58,975 bases of DNA from positions 1 through 58,975 of the forward strand of contig JAHJQX010000043.1 in assembly GCA_018818965.1 (NCBI GenBank), in the 5' to 3' direction. Origin of the DNA: Patescibacteria group bacterium. GTDB taxonomy: Bacteria; Patescibacteriota; JABMPQ01. Made by a program: the position numbers and the translations under genes. Under the pieces are notes generated by a model, which did no database searches, had not been told where the DNA came from, and saw only the letters and a program-made list of their open reading frames with translations. This document shows positions 48,048 through 57,299 of this stretch, in pieces (the first letter of the stretch is position 1; each line of letters begins with the position of its first letter).

Positions 48048-49163
48048 GGGGTGATGGCGGGCGGGTAAACTGAATATGTAGGTTCTCAACTTACGGCTGA
48101 CCACCCGTAAGGGTGGGATCCCAAGAGGTGGCTAATAATTATTATGCAATACAACGACCGCATCTACGGCTCAGTCGAAATCAAGGAGTCGGTTATCCTG
48201 GAACTAACCGCCTGCCCCGCTATCCAGCGACTCAAAGAGATCGACTGCTCTGGCTATATGAAACCTCATTTCCCTAATATTGAACGCTCCCGCTTTGAGC
48301 ATTCGCTGGGTGTGTTTTTATTGCTGAGAAAATATAACGCTTCACTCGAAGAGCAAATCGCCGGCCTGATCCACGATGTCTCGCACAGCGCTTTTTCCCA
48401 CTGCGTCGATTATGCTCTAGCCGCTGGCTCGCAAAAAGAACAAAGCCATCAAGATAACGTTTTCGACGCCTTTGTCCGTCAGACGGAAATTCCCAAAATC
48501 CTAGCCAAATACAACATTGACGTCAACTATATCCTCGACGAAAAAAACTTCCCTCTGGAAGAAAATAATATTCCTGACATCTGCGCCGATCGAATCGACT
48601 ATTTTTTGCGCGAAGGAACGATATTCAAAGAACTCAGCCAGTCACAACTGCAAAAATTCCTCACTAATCTGACAGTGAAAAACAACAACTGGATATTCAA
48701 AAACTACGCCGTGGCCTCAGAATACGCGCAGTTATTTTCGCGACTAAATAAAGTTTACTGGTCTGGCTTACCTTCGGCGATAATGTTTATTACGGTTGGT
48801 AATTTTCTTAAGCGGGCTCTGGCGCAAAAATACATTACGGAAAGAGACCTCTACGCTACCGATCAAGCCGTGCTGGCCCAAACAAAAAAGCACCTCGCCC
48901 AAGACGAGATACTTAACACTTGGTGGCAACGAATGAATGCTCCCACTAAATATTTTACTAGCGACCCACAAGACTACGACCAACTAGTACACGTCAAATC
49001 ACGCATTGTCGATCCCCTTTGCCAACACCAAGGAAAAACCAAACGGGTGTCCGATATTGATGAGAAATGGAAAAAAATCGTTGGGCAAGAACTAAAACCA
49101 AAAGAATACTTTATTAAGTTCGGTAAAGTAGAAAACCATAGATTCTGATTCCTACCCGTCCCT
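48048..49163 (+). pseudogene. Degenerate tRNA (Cys- or Gly-like) whose T-loop is split by a ~1.06 kb insert
   Basis: AA-ACTGA-ATAT-GTAGG-TTC (48067-48085) joins GATT-CCTAC-CCGTCCC-T (49147-49163) to give a canonical T-arm plus acceptor 3' strand. Confidence 0.5.
48144..49148 (+). CDS. HD-domain phosphohydrolase (YdhJ/dNTPase-like)
   Basis: QRL..I, RFEHSLGV, LIHDVSH.AFSH, ADRIDY.LR. Confidence 0.9.
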   Translation: MQYNDRIYGSVEIKESVILELTACPAIQRLKEIDCSGYMKPHFPNIERSRFEHSLGVFLLLRKYNASLEEQIAGLIHDVSHSAFSHCVDYALAAGSQKEQSHQDNVFDAFVRQTEIPKILAKYNIDVNYILDEKNFPLEENNIPDICADRIDYFLREGTIFKELSQSQLQKFLTNLTVKNNNWIFKNYAVASEYAQLFSRLNKVYWSGLPSAIMFITVGNFLKRALAQKYITERDLYATDQAVLAQTKKHLAQDEILNTWWQRMNAPTKYFTSDPQDYDQLVHVKSRIVDPLCQHQGKTKRVSDIDEKWKKIVGQELKPKEYFIKFGKVENHRF

Positions 49164-49175
49164 AAAACCTAACGC

Positions 49176-50162
49176 CTATTCCGCTCTCACTTCTCCTTCG
49201 TTCCATGAATAGCCTTTAATGAATATCCGTACCGGAGTGGCCTTTTTCTGCTCTGTAAACCACTCGGCAAAAGAATTAGTCGTGGTAAATAAAATATGGC
49301 GAACTGATACCTGCTCCTGTCCTTCTTCAGTCACTTTCTTATCTTCTAGCTTGATGATATGGTAACCATACTGCGTCTGCACTAGATCGCTTACCCCACC
49401 TTTTTCCAAGGCAAAGGCAGCTGCTTCAAATTCGGGTACCATTTCACCCCTACTGAAATAGCCTAGATCGCCGCCTGATTCAGCTGAATACTTATCATCA
49501 CTATTTTCTTTAGCCAGCTCAGCAAAATCTTTACCATCTTTTACCTGCTGTAAAGTATCACTGGCCTTTTGTTTAATCTCGAGATTAGGCTGCTTGCGTT
49601 CACGATCAACATTATCATCAGCAAAATACTTTTCCTGCACCTTGGCCAACAACAAACTGGGTTGTAATGATTTGGTAATAAAATCCTCAGTACTAATACC
49701 GTAAATAGCCTTTACCCTCTCGGCAAATTGATCTGCCCCTCCAACTTGGTCTGCTATTTTATTATATTCAGCCTGCACTTCTTCCGCCGTCACGATTGCT
49801 CCATACTGCTTAGCCAACTGCTCAACAATCTTATTCTCGACCAGAATATTCAGTGTTTCCTTTTTGATATCCTTCTCGTCATAATTGTACTGTTCTGATT
49901 GACCGATCTGACTTTGATAGAAAAAATCAACTGCTTTGAGATTGTCCTCGTAGGTTTCAATAGTAATGATCTTTTTATCAACTGTAGCCGCTGGATAAGG
50001 AATATAATTAGCTACAGTCGAACTAAATCCATTGCGCCACTCTGTTTTATACAAACCGAGACCATTAGCAGCTATGAAAATAATAGCCAGTCCCACTACA
50101 ACACCTACGCCAATAACAATTTTCTTCTTTGATTTTGGCTTCTCCACTTTTTCTTGATTCAT
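49176..50162 (-). CDS. prsA: Parvulin-type peptidyl-prolyl isomerase (PrsA/SurA-like foldase)
   Basis: FAELAKENS.D..SA..GGDLG.F..G.MVPEFE.AAF; GYHIIK. Confidence 0.88.
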   Translation of the reverse strand: MNQEKVEKPKSKKKIVIGVGVVVGLAIIFIAANGLGLYKTEWRNGFSSTVANYIPYPAATVDKKIITIETYEDNLKAVDFFYQSQIGQSEQYNYDEKDIKKETLNILVENKIVEQLAKQYGAIVTAEEVQAEYNKIADQVGGADQFAERVKAIYGISTEDFITKSLQPSLLLAKVQEKYFADDNVDRERKQPNLEIKQKASDTLQQVKDGKDFAELAKENSDDKYSAESGGDLGYFSRGEMVPEFEAAAFALEKGGVSDLVQTQYGYHIIKLEDKKVTEEGQEQVSVRHILFTTTNSFAEWFTEQKKATPVRIFIKGYSWNEGEVRAE

Positions 50163-50187
50163 TTAGATTAGTAATTTATTATTCGTA

Positions 50188-50595
50188 TTATTTAGCGGCA
50201 AAAAAATAACGCCACCATCTTTTGGGATTAGAGGGATCTATTGCTGGTGGTGAAGCAAAGGTAGTACTATTATCACGCTGGTAATCTCCGCTGTTGGTTT
50301 CAATAGAAACAGCTACCTCGCCCTCCTTTTGAAAACCCAAATTTTGCCGGGCTTGAATTTCCTTGAAAGAATCGGTTTCTATATATTCAATCATCTGAGC
50401 TAACTCCTTATTTTTCTTTTCTAGAGACTCAATCTCTTTTTTAGTGGTCTCAATCTCCTGATTAATTTCTTTACGACGAACAATTTCCTTGCCTAGGCCA
50501 AAAGAAGTAAAAATTATCAACACTAAACCAGAAGCCATTAAAGCTCTGACAAAAGACTTACTCTGCCAGATTGTCTTCCTTCTCTGGATAACCAT
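50188..50595 (-). CDS. Septum formation initiator (DivIC/FtsB)
   Basis: TM plus coiled coil plus E..AR..LG....GE. Confidence 0.8.
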   Translation of the reverse strand: MVIQRRKTIWQSKSFVRALMASGLVLIIFTSFGLGKEIVRRKEINQEIETTKKEIESLEKKNKELAQMIEYIETDSFKEIQARQNLGFQKEGEVAVSIETNSGDYQRDNSTTFASPPAIDPSNPKRWWRYFFAAK

Positions 50596-50604
50596 TAAAT
50601 AAAT

Positions 50605-51264
50605 TTATATTTCCTTTATTTTGAACAATTCATCTGTTTCTTGATTATCAGCGTCTTCTTTTTCTGCCGCATCATCTTTTTTATTAGGTTCCTCAGTCTC
50701 TTCCTCTTCTTGACTCTTCTGCTTATTTTCCGCAATCATAGCAATTAATTCTTCGGCACTAAACCCCTTAGCGTCAGCGATCTTAGTTTGTACCATATTG
50801 ATAAGATCCTGCACTTCTTTAGGATTAGGTACTTTTTTGATGGCAATTTCCTTGGTGCTTTCACTCGACTGAACCTTAACATCTCCGTAACCAAAAGCCA
50901 TGGCCAGCATGCCGGAAATCTCATAGGTAACTCCCTGGACACTATCATAACTGTACTCTATCACCTTGCGGTTAAACAAGCCCTTTTGATCTATTCTAAT
51001 AATCCGCTTGTCAGTAAGAATAAATAAGTCCAAATACCATTCAATCCACTGGTTAAGACCATAACCGATACCAACGGCCAACCAAACAAGAAATATTAAC
51101 AGACCAACATAATTAGAGAATAACCAAGAAACGAAAAAGCAGGGTATTAATAAAATTAGAAATGTCTTAAAAGCTGGCCACAGAAAACTTGCCCCGTGTT
51201 TACGAACTATTTTAATGACCTGCTCGCCTTCTTTAAGATCTTGTGAGAAGTAATCTTTAAACAT
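50605..51264 (-). CDS. Bacterial PH-domain membrane protein
   Basis: 2 TM; ILTDKRII.IDQ.GLF; FGYGDV.VQ. Confidence 0.8.
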   Translation of the reverse strand: MFKDYFSQDLKEGEQVIKIVRKHGASFLWPAFKTFLILLIPCFFVSWLFSNYVGLLIFLVWLAVGIGYGLNQWIEWYLDLFILTDKRIIRIDQKGLFNRKVIEYSYDSVQGVTYEISGMLAMAFGYGDVKVQSSESTKEIAIKKVPNPKEVQDLINMVQTKIADAKGFSAEELIAMIAENKQKSQEEEETEEPNKKDDAAEKEDADNQETDELFKIKEI

Positions 51265-51330
51265 CTACTAGAATATTGAATTTAGAATGCCGTTGTGCTA
51301 GATTGGAATTAATAATAACATTCACTTTCC

Positions 51331-51429
51331 ATGAAACAAAAAACTGCGAAAAAATTTGCGATGGCTGGCCTGGTGGGGATTGGGATACTTTGCATGCTAG
51401 TTTGGCTAATCTTTCCTCTGTTTCAATAA
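51331..51429 (+). CDS. Putative 32-aa single-TM small protein
   Basis: MKQKTAKKFAMAGLVGIGILCMLVWLIFPLFQ; upstream TTGAAT...TGcTAGATT promoter-like element. Confidence 0.45.
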   Translation: MKQKTAKKFAMAGLVGIGILCMLVWLIFPLFQ

Positions 51430-51439
51430 TTATAGCACA

Positions 51440-53236
51440 CTAGTTATTGTTTTTCAGTATTGCTAGGAAAGCTTCCTGGGGAATATAAACTTTACCCATA
51501 TCTTTCATCTTTTTCTTCCCCTTCTTTTGTTTTTCTAGTAACTTTCGTTTACGAGTTACGTCTCCTCCATAAAGCTTTGCCGTTACGTCTTTGCGTAGAG
51601 CTTTTATATTCTCTCGCGCTAATATATTACCTCCAACCGCCGCTTGCAAAGTAATCTGGAAATTCTGGGGAGGAATCACGTCTTTGAGAGTGGTGACGGC
51701 CTTTTTGCCTTCTCGATTAACACTATCTTTAGGAATAATACGGGACAGCGATTCAACTAAATCCCCTGCCACTAAAATATCAAGCTTGACTAGGTCAGAT
51801 ACCCGATAACCGGTCATTTCGTAGCTCATCGAAGCATAACCAGAACTAACACTTTTGAGTTTATCGTAGAAATCCATGATTAAAGAAGCTAGAGGCGCTT
51901 CGTAGTGTAAAATAACCCGCGCTTGCTCGCCTTCGGCAGTGATATATTCAGTTGTTTGGTATTCGCCCCGATAATGCGGCATCAGCTCCATCACATCGCC
52001 AATGTATTCGTTCGGCATAACTAAATCAACTTTCACCCATGGCTCCCTGATTTCTTTAATTTGATTAGCTTCCGGCAACTCGCTGGGCGTGTAGATAGTC
52101 TTTTTCTGGTCGGTTGACGTAATTATTTGGTAAGCCACTGAGGGAGCGGTAATAACTAGAGCTAAGTCATACTCCCGCTTCAATCGCTCCTGGATAATTT
52201 CTAGATGAAGCAGCCCAAGAAAGCCACAACGAAACCCCCGCCCGAGAGCCGAGGAACTTTCTGGTTCATAGGTTAAAGCAGCGTCGTTGAGTTTTAATTT
52301 TTCTAATCCTTCTCGCAGTTTTGGGTAGTCGGTGGCGTCGGTCGGATAAAAACTAGCAAAAACGACTGGCTTCATTTCTTTGTAGCCGGGTAATTGAGTG
52401 GTAACCTTTGGCTCGGCAATTGTGTCACCGACCTGACAATTAGCCACTTCTTTCAAGCCAGTAATAATATAGCCGACTTCGCCGCTTGTTAGCTGTTCGC
52501 CAGATTTCAAGCCGGGAGTGTAAATTCCTAGATCCAACACCTCTGCTTCTTTACCACTGAACACATATTTTACTCGGTCACCCTTTTTCACACTGCCACC
52601 AAAAACGCGAATACAAGCGATTACTCCCCGAAAATCGTCATAGTAAGAATCAAAAATAAGGGACTGAAACTGATCACTTTTCGATTGCGGTGGCGGGATT
52701 CTAGTAATTATTGCTTCAAGAATTTGTTCAACATTGGTGCCCTCTTTAGCACTCACTTTTAATATTTCCTCTGGCTGACAGCCGAGAATATCAACAATCT
52801 CCGCTACTGTTTTGTCAATCTCAGCGTTGGGCATATCGATTTTATTGACTACGGGGATGATTTCCAGGTCATGTTCGATGGCCATATATAGATTGGCTAG
52901 CGTTTGCGCCTGAATGCCCTGAGTAGCGTCGATGAGTAAGAGAGCCCCCTCACAGGCAGCTAGAGAGCGTGAAACTTCATAGGAGAAGTCAACGTGACCA
53001 GGAGTATCAATGAGATTTAAAGTGTATTCTCCATGCTTCATCGTCACTGGCTGTAACTTGATCGTAATCCCCTTTTCCCGTTCGAGATCCATCTGATCGA
53101 GTACTTGCTCTTTCATATCTCGCCTAGAAACAGTTTCGGTTAATTCTAAAAGACGGTCAGCTAAAGTCGACTTACCGTGATCAATGTGAGCCACGATCGA
53201 GAAGTTACGGATGTATTGAAGATTACTTTTACTCAT
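51440..53236 (-). CDS. lepA: Elongation factor 4 (LepA)
   Basis: AHIDHGKSTLADR, DTPGHVDF, GFRCGFLGLLH, KLYGGDVTRKRKLLEKQKKGK. Confidence 0.98.
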   Translation of the reverse strand: MSKSNLQYIRNFSIVAHIDHGKSTLADRLLELTETVSRRDMKEQVLDQMDLEREKGITIKLQPVTMKHGEYTLNLIDTPGHVDFSYEVSRSLAACEGALLLIDATQGIQAQTLANLYMAIEHDLEIIPVVNKIDMPNAEIDKTVAEIVDILGCQPEEILKVSAKEGTNVEQILEAIITRIPPPQSKSDQFQSLIFDSYYDDFRGVIACIRVFGGSVKKGDRVKYVFSGKEAEVLDLGIYTPGLKSGEQLTSGEVGYIITGLKEVANCQVGDTIAEPKVTTQLPGYKEMKPVVFASFYPTDATDYPKLREGLEKLKLNDAALTYEPESSSALGRGFRCGFLGLLHLEIIQERLKREYDLALVITAPSVAYQIITSTDQKKTIYTPSELPEANQIKEIREPWVKVDLVMPNEYIGDVMELMPHYRGEYQTTEYITAEGEQARVILHYEAPLASLIMDFYDKLKSVSSGYASMSYEMTGYRVSDLVKLDILVAGDLVESLSRIIPKDSVNREGKKAVTTLKDVIPPQNFQITLQAAVGGNILARENIKALRKDVTAKLYGGDVTRKRKLLEKQKKGKKKMKDMGKVYIPQEAFLAILKNNN

Positions 53237-53398
53237 AATGCAGGAATTTTAGCAGAAAAGGAAACAAAAAGCGATAAATTTAAAGTAATTGAGTCGGCAA
53301 ATTTACTTCCGTAAATCTTGGCTGTAACTCCCCGCTCTCCCTCCGCCACCGCCGGCTAAAGTCTTGTAGTTCGGAAGGCCTTTGTTTGTTTATAAAAC

Positions 53399-53428
53399 AA
53401 AAGACAGGCATTACATCCTGTCTTTTTT
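53399..53428 (-). terminator. Intrinsic terminator
   Basis: On - strand AAAAGACAGG-atgtaatg-CCTGTCTTTT. Confidence 0.6.
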
Positions 53429-53445
53429 CTATCTCGATCCAAATA

Positions 53446-53586
53446 CTAATATACAACAAACATAATATCAGCATCTGCTTCTGCTCCATTTTCATCATAT
53501 GGATAAAATCTGACAACATTATCTGTTGCAACCGCGCTTACAACCCTGGTGTCTGCTGGTGTTTTAGATGTCGCTGTAAAATAAAA
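53446..53586 (-). pseudogene. Orphan C-terminal gene remnant (beta-rich tip domain)
   Basis: Open frame ...FYFTATSKTPADTRVVSAVATDNVVRFYPYDENGAEADADIMFVVY*, no upstream ATG start, lying between two terminators. Confidence 0.5.
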
Positions 53587-53623
53587 AGCGAAAGCCACTC
53601 CAACTGATAGTCAGAGTGGCTCT
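53581..53623 (-). terminator. Intrinsic terminator after the 53648 gene
   Basis: AGCCACTC...GAGTGGCT stem followed by a T-rich tract on the - strand. Confidence 0.6.
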
Positions 53624-53647
53624 CTCATTTTCGCCCAAACGATCTTA

Positions 53648-54694
53648 CTAATTAATAATGAGATAGCTAAATGGAATATCATTATCCCCCTGGGCAATGC
53701 CATTTAGCGTAGCCACGGTAAAGCTTGCCCCAGCTGACACATCGCTAACTCGAATACCTGAAGCTTGATTTATTACCCCAGCAGCACTATCAGCATGTCC
53801 AATCGTCAAAAGAATAATGCTATTGGCCGTAACAGTGGTATTTGAAATCACTACATTTTGATCACCGGCTGTTATTGTTCCAGTTCCGACAGCTTTATTG
53901 GCCGCAGCATTCATACCCACTTTACCATCAACATAAAGACTAGTGCCCGAAGTGCTACTAGCATAAACGCCATAGCCAGATGTGCTAATTCCACTAACGC
54001 CTGGTCCCGAACTAGTATTCACTCCATAGACAGCGGCCGAGGTTCCAGAGGCACCACCAGCGATACCCACAGCATTACCACTTGACGCTGCAACCAGTCC
54101 AGATCCACTGCCTGTATTAGCAAGGGTTAACACCGATGGAGCAGTACCACTCGTGACACTTCCCGACCAAGTCTCACCAACATGATCATGACCACCAGTA
54201 GCCACTAAAGCATCAACTTCTGTCTTAGTGTAAATGTTGCCGGCACTTACCGTACCAGCACTTACCGTACCAGCAAAATAACCATCTTTGAAATTATAGA
54301 CTGAGGTGCCTAAATCGTAAGTATTGTTAGTCTGTGGTCTAATGGTATCTGCCAGCTTAATAGGATTCTCTCCACCTACTTCTGTGCGGTAGATCTCGCC
54401 ATCTATCCTAACATTATCAGCAAAAGTGACCGGGATGGTGCTCTCACCATCTTCATCAACTGAATTGTTAACAATACTACCATTAAAGAAGGTAACACCA
54501 CCAACACCAGCGACCGTAGAGCCAATGTAGGCTGAGTTGGCTTTAAAAGTGTTGTTTACTATTACTTCTTCGCTGTAGGTAATAGTGTGAGCCGGCTGCA
54601 AAGTGTCGGCTGGGGCCGCGGCAATCACACCGGCGACCGCGAACATACCTAGGGTCACTACTAACACCCCTAAGACTTTAGTGTGTGTTTTCAT
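53648..54694 (-). CDS. Secreted Gly/Ser/Thr-rich fibre/adhesin-like protein (paralog B)
   Basis: Signal peptide; GGVTFFNG, IPVTFAD.VRIDGEIYRTE.GG.NP.KLADT, NNTYDLGTS shared with the 54750 gene; 15-bp tandem duplication at 54243-54272. Confidence 0.7.
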   Translation of the reverse strand: MKTHTKVLGVLVVTLGMFAVAGVIAAAPADTLQPAHTITYSEEVIVNNTFKANSAYIGSTVAGVGGVTFFNGSIVNNSVDEDGESTIPVTFADNVRIDGEIYRTEVGGENPIKLADTIRPQTNNTYDLGTSVYNFKDGYFAGTVSAGTVSAGNIYTKTEVDALVATGGHDHVGETWSGSVTSGTAPSVLTLANTGSGSGLVAASSGNAVGIAGGASGTSAAVYGVNTSSGPGVSGISTSGYGVYASSTSGTSLYVDGKVGMNAAANKAVGTGTITAGDQNVVISNTTVTANSIILLTIGHADSAAGVINQASGIRVSDVSAGASFTVATLNGIAQGDNDIPFSYLIIN

Positions 54695-54749
54695 GGTTTG
54701 TTTTTTATCTATTTTAATTATTTAGGCGGTGAGTAAGAAGCGAAACCCT

Positions 54750-55691
54750 TTACTTTTTTAATTCGATAACGTCCAGAGCATGAGAATACATCGTAGCAGT
54801 GCCCCCACTAGTATTCCAGCGAACCTCAATCGTATGTGAACCAGCTGTAACATTAATCAAAGCAGAAGCCGCTAAAGATCCTTGACCCTCACCAGCATCA
54901 GTCGTCTCCCGACGATAAGTATGGGGAATAACTTGTCCGTCAACATACATAGCCATATTAGTAGTTTGCGAAACAGCATCAGAAGACACCAAGTTGCTAT
55001 ACATACAAAAAAGAGTGCTAGTTTCGGTCGTAATCGTGACCGTGTCAGCTACATCATAACTGGTGCCAGTCTTGATGGTTGACTGCGTAGCGGTAACGTT
55101 ACCACTACTTTCGGCAGTTTGAGTAATAGCGCCGCTGGCGATGTCGGCTGTGGCTACAGCTCCATCAGTAATATTAGCCGAGGACACAATACCGGAACCA
55201 CCTAAAGCACCAACATTCACCGTCCCGGCAAAATAGGCATCCTTAAATTGATAACTAGAAGTGCCGAGATCATAAGTATTATTAGCCGCCGGTGTCATAG
55301 TATCAGCCAACTTAAGAGGATTATCTCCACCAATTTCTGTGCGGTAGATTTCACCATCAATTCTAACATCATCACCAAAAGTGACCGGAATAGTGCTATT
55401 GCCAGATGAGTCTAGGGCAGCGTTGACAATGGTACCATTGAAATAAGTAACGCCACCAACATCAGCTTCCGTTGATCCGATATGCACTCCCTGGCGAAAA
55501 TAACCAGGCTTAGCAACCGTCAAGGTTTCAGAAATCGTTACCGGCTCGGAATAGGCAATAGTCGAAGCGGGCCCGCCTGTCGGCGAGGCAGGCTGGAGAG
55601 TTTCGGTGGAGGCGGCGGAAGCCACGCCCGTGATTGCTAGCATGCTCAAAACTACCACTGGCACTCCCAAGACTTTAACTAATGTTCTCAT
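54750..55691 (-). CDS. Secreted fibre/adhesin-like protein (paralog A)
   Basis: Same N-terminal module as the 53648 gene; unrelated C-terminal beta-sandwich (AGSHTIEVRW). Confidence 0.7.
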   Translation of the reverse strand: MRTLVKVLGVPVVVLSMLAITGVASAASTETLQPASPTGGPASTIAYSEPVTISETLTVAKPGYFRQGVHIGSTEADVGGVTYFNGTIVNAALDSSGNSTIPVTFGDDVRIDGEIYRTEIGGDNPLKLADTMTPAANNTYDLGTSSYQFKDAYFAGTVNVGALGGSGIVSSANITDGAVATADIASGAITQTAESSGNVTATQSTIKTGTSYDVADTVTITTETSTLFCMYSNLVSSDAVSQTTNMAMYVDGQVIPHTYRRETTDAGEGQGSLAASALINVTAGSHTIEVRWNTSGGTATMYSHALDVIELKK

Positions 55692-55767
55692 TTTTTCTCT
55701 TTATTTATTTTAATATTTTTTAGAAAAAGACTTTAAAATCAACGGGAACTTTTAAAAAAACTATCGG

Positions 55768-55971
55768 CTACTCTAACACCCATTTTAACAAATCAATCTC
55801 CTCTTGAATAATATCTTTTTTGGCTTCAAACTGAGCCTCAATTTCAGCTCCTTTTTCGGAAAATTCATCGGTATCCTCTTCTTCCAAAGCATCTGCCAAT
55901 TCTTCATCGACTTCTTCTAAAGTCTCCTCGATCTCTTTAATTTTAGCTTGAATTTCTAGTTCCGTTTTCAT
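55768..55971 (-). CDS. Very acidic coiled-coil small protein
   Basis: 67 aa, E/D-dominated, ends LLKWVLE. Confidence 0.65.
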   Translation of the reverse strand: MKTELEIQAKIKEIEETLEEVDEELADALEEEDTDEFSEKGAEIEAQFEAKKDIIQEEIDLLKWVLE

Positions 55972-56195
55972 TTTTTAAAATAGTATCAGTAATAATCTAA
56001 TGAATTTAAACACCTTGGTAATTATAGAACAAAACACGTATTTTGCATATTACTTGTATACATGTCATATAAATTAGGAAGGAGAATTTTTGATCGAGAC
56101 TGCTCAAACACTAAAAATAGGAATTGTCGTCTGATTTTCGAACTATCATGCTACACTATGATTAGCGATAAAATATTTAGACACATAAAATAACC

Positions 56196-56438
56196 ATGTA
56201 TACGGTATATATCTTACTGTGTGGCGATAATACGTTGTACACAGGGATAACAACAAACATTGAACGGCGTCTTCGGGAACACCAGGAGGGAAAAGGAAGT
56301 AAATATACTCGCGCTCGAAATGTTGTGAAAATGGTTTACGGCGAAAAATGTCGGAATAAAAGAGTAGCCCTGAAACGTGAAGCGGAGATAAAACATCTGA
56401 CGAGAGAGAAAAAAATTAACCTTATCAATCAACAATGA
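56196..56438 (+). CDS. GIY-YIG nuclease (UPF0213/YhbQ)
   Basis: VYIL.C.D.TLYTGIT...RR..EH..GKGSKYTR; ALKRE..IK. Confidence 0.9.
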   Translation: MYTVYILLCGDNTLYTGITTNIERRLREHQEGKGSKYTRARNVVKMVYGEKCRNKRVALKREAEIKHLTREKKINLINQQ

Positions 56439-56442
56439 CACC

Positions 56443-57299
56443 TTGAGACTTCGTTGTTTAGATCAGGGTGAAGAATAAGCTTTCACTGGTCATAGTAATT
56501 TCGGCTACTAATATATTTTTTAGGAAATGTTTTTTATTGTTTCAACAGATATTCTGCTCAATTTATCAACCACTAAATCTGCTCGGGAAAAGTCATGGCT
56601 GATAGTAAACTTATCGGGCACAGCTATACAATACATGCCAGCATTTTTGGCTGATTCAACACCGTTGGCTGCATCTTCTATCGCCACGCAATTATTAGTG
56701 GCTACTTTGAGTCTCCTGGCGGCTTCCACATAGACATCCGGACTAGGCTTACCATGCCTAACTTCTTGACCAGATACTACTACATCAAAATACGATTTAA
56801 GAGAATATTTCCCCAGAGCCGCATTAATAGAATATTTACTTGAGCTAGAAGCTAAAGCTAGTTTAAATTCTCTTTTTAGCTTCCTTACTGTCACTTTACC
56901 ACCACTTTTTGGTTTTATCTCTTCGAGAAATATTTTGCGATAATATTCTCTTTTCTCTTGGTTCAATTTAAAAGGATCGCCGAGAAGATGGTATTTCTGA
57001 AAATAATATTCCATCACTTCTTCACTTTTCTTGCCCAGTTGCTGAGAAAATTCATTGACGTCAATCCCAATATTATATTTGTTTTTTAATACCCTGCTAA
57101 ACGCTTGATAGTATAAGCCGTTTGTATCTATTAGCACTCCATCCATATCAAAAACTACGGCTTTAATTTTATTGGAATGTTTAGCCATGATCTTACTTAT
57201 CGCACGTTGTTGTAAATTTTTTATGCACCTAAAACCAGACGAGTTAGAAAAAGTTCAAACTTTTTTTGACTTGGATAATTATTTTGAGACTTCGTTGTT
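56443..57299. repeat. 16-bp direct repeat TTGAGACTTCGTTGTT flanking the HAD gene
   Basis: Identical copies at 56443-56458 and 57284-57299. Confidence 0.8.
56520..57188 (-). CDS. HAD-superfamily phosphatase (beta-PGM-like)
   Basis: FDMDGVLID, ASSS, KPSPD, IEDA..GV.SA..AGM. Confidence 0.92.
   Translation of the reverse strand: MAKHSNKIKAVVFDMDGVLIDTNGLYYQAFSRVLKNKYNIGIDVNEFSQQLGKKSEEVMEYYFQKYHLLGDPFKLNQEKREYYRKIFLEEIKPKSGGKVTVRKLKREFKLALASSSSKYSINAALGKYSLKSYFDVVVSGQEVRHGKPSPDVYVEAARRLKVATNNCVAIEDAANGVESAKNAGMYCIAVPDKFTISHDFSRADLVVDKLSRISVETIKNIS

Noticed and set aside
47802-48104. ORFs 47802..48104 (-) and 47830..48012 (+)
   Set aside because: They overlap tRNA genes; spurious.
53335-53348. 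CTCTCCCTCCGCCA resembling a tRNA-Ser 3' end (att-like scar)
   Set aside because: Only 14 nt, with no T-loop or partner site; chance cannot be excluded.
53280-53531. ORF 53280..53531 (-) from the track
   Set aside because: It runs through a terminator and has atypical composition; another frame (53446-53586) looks more protein-like.
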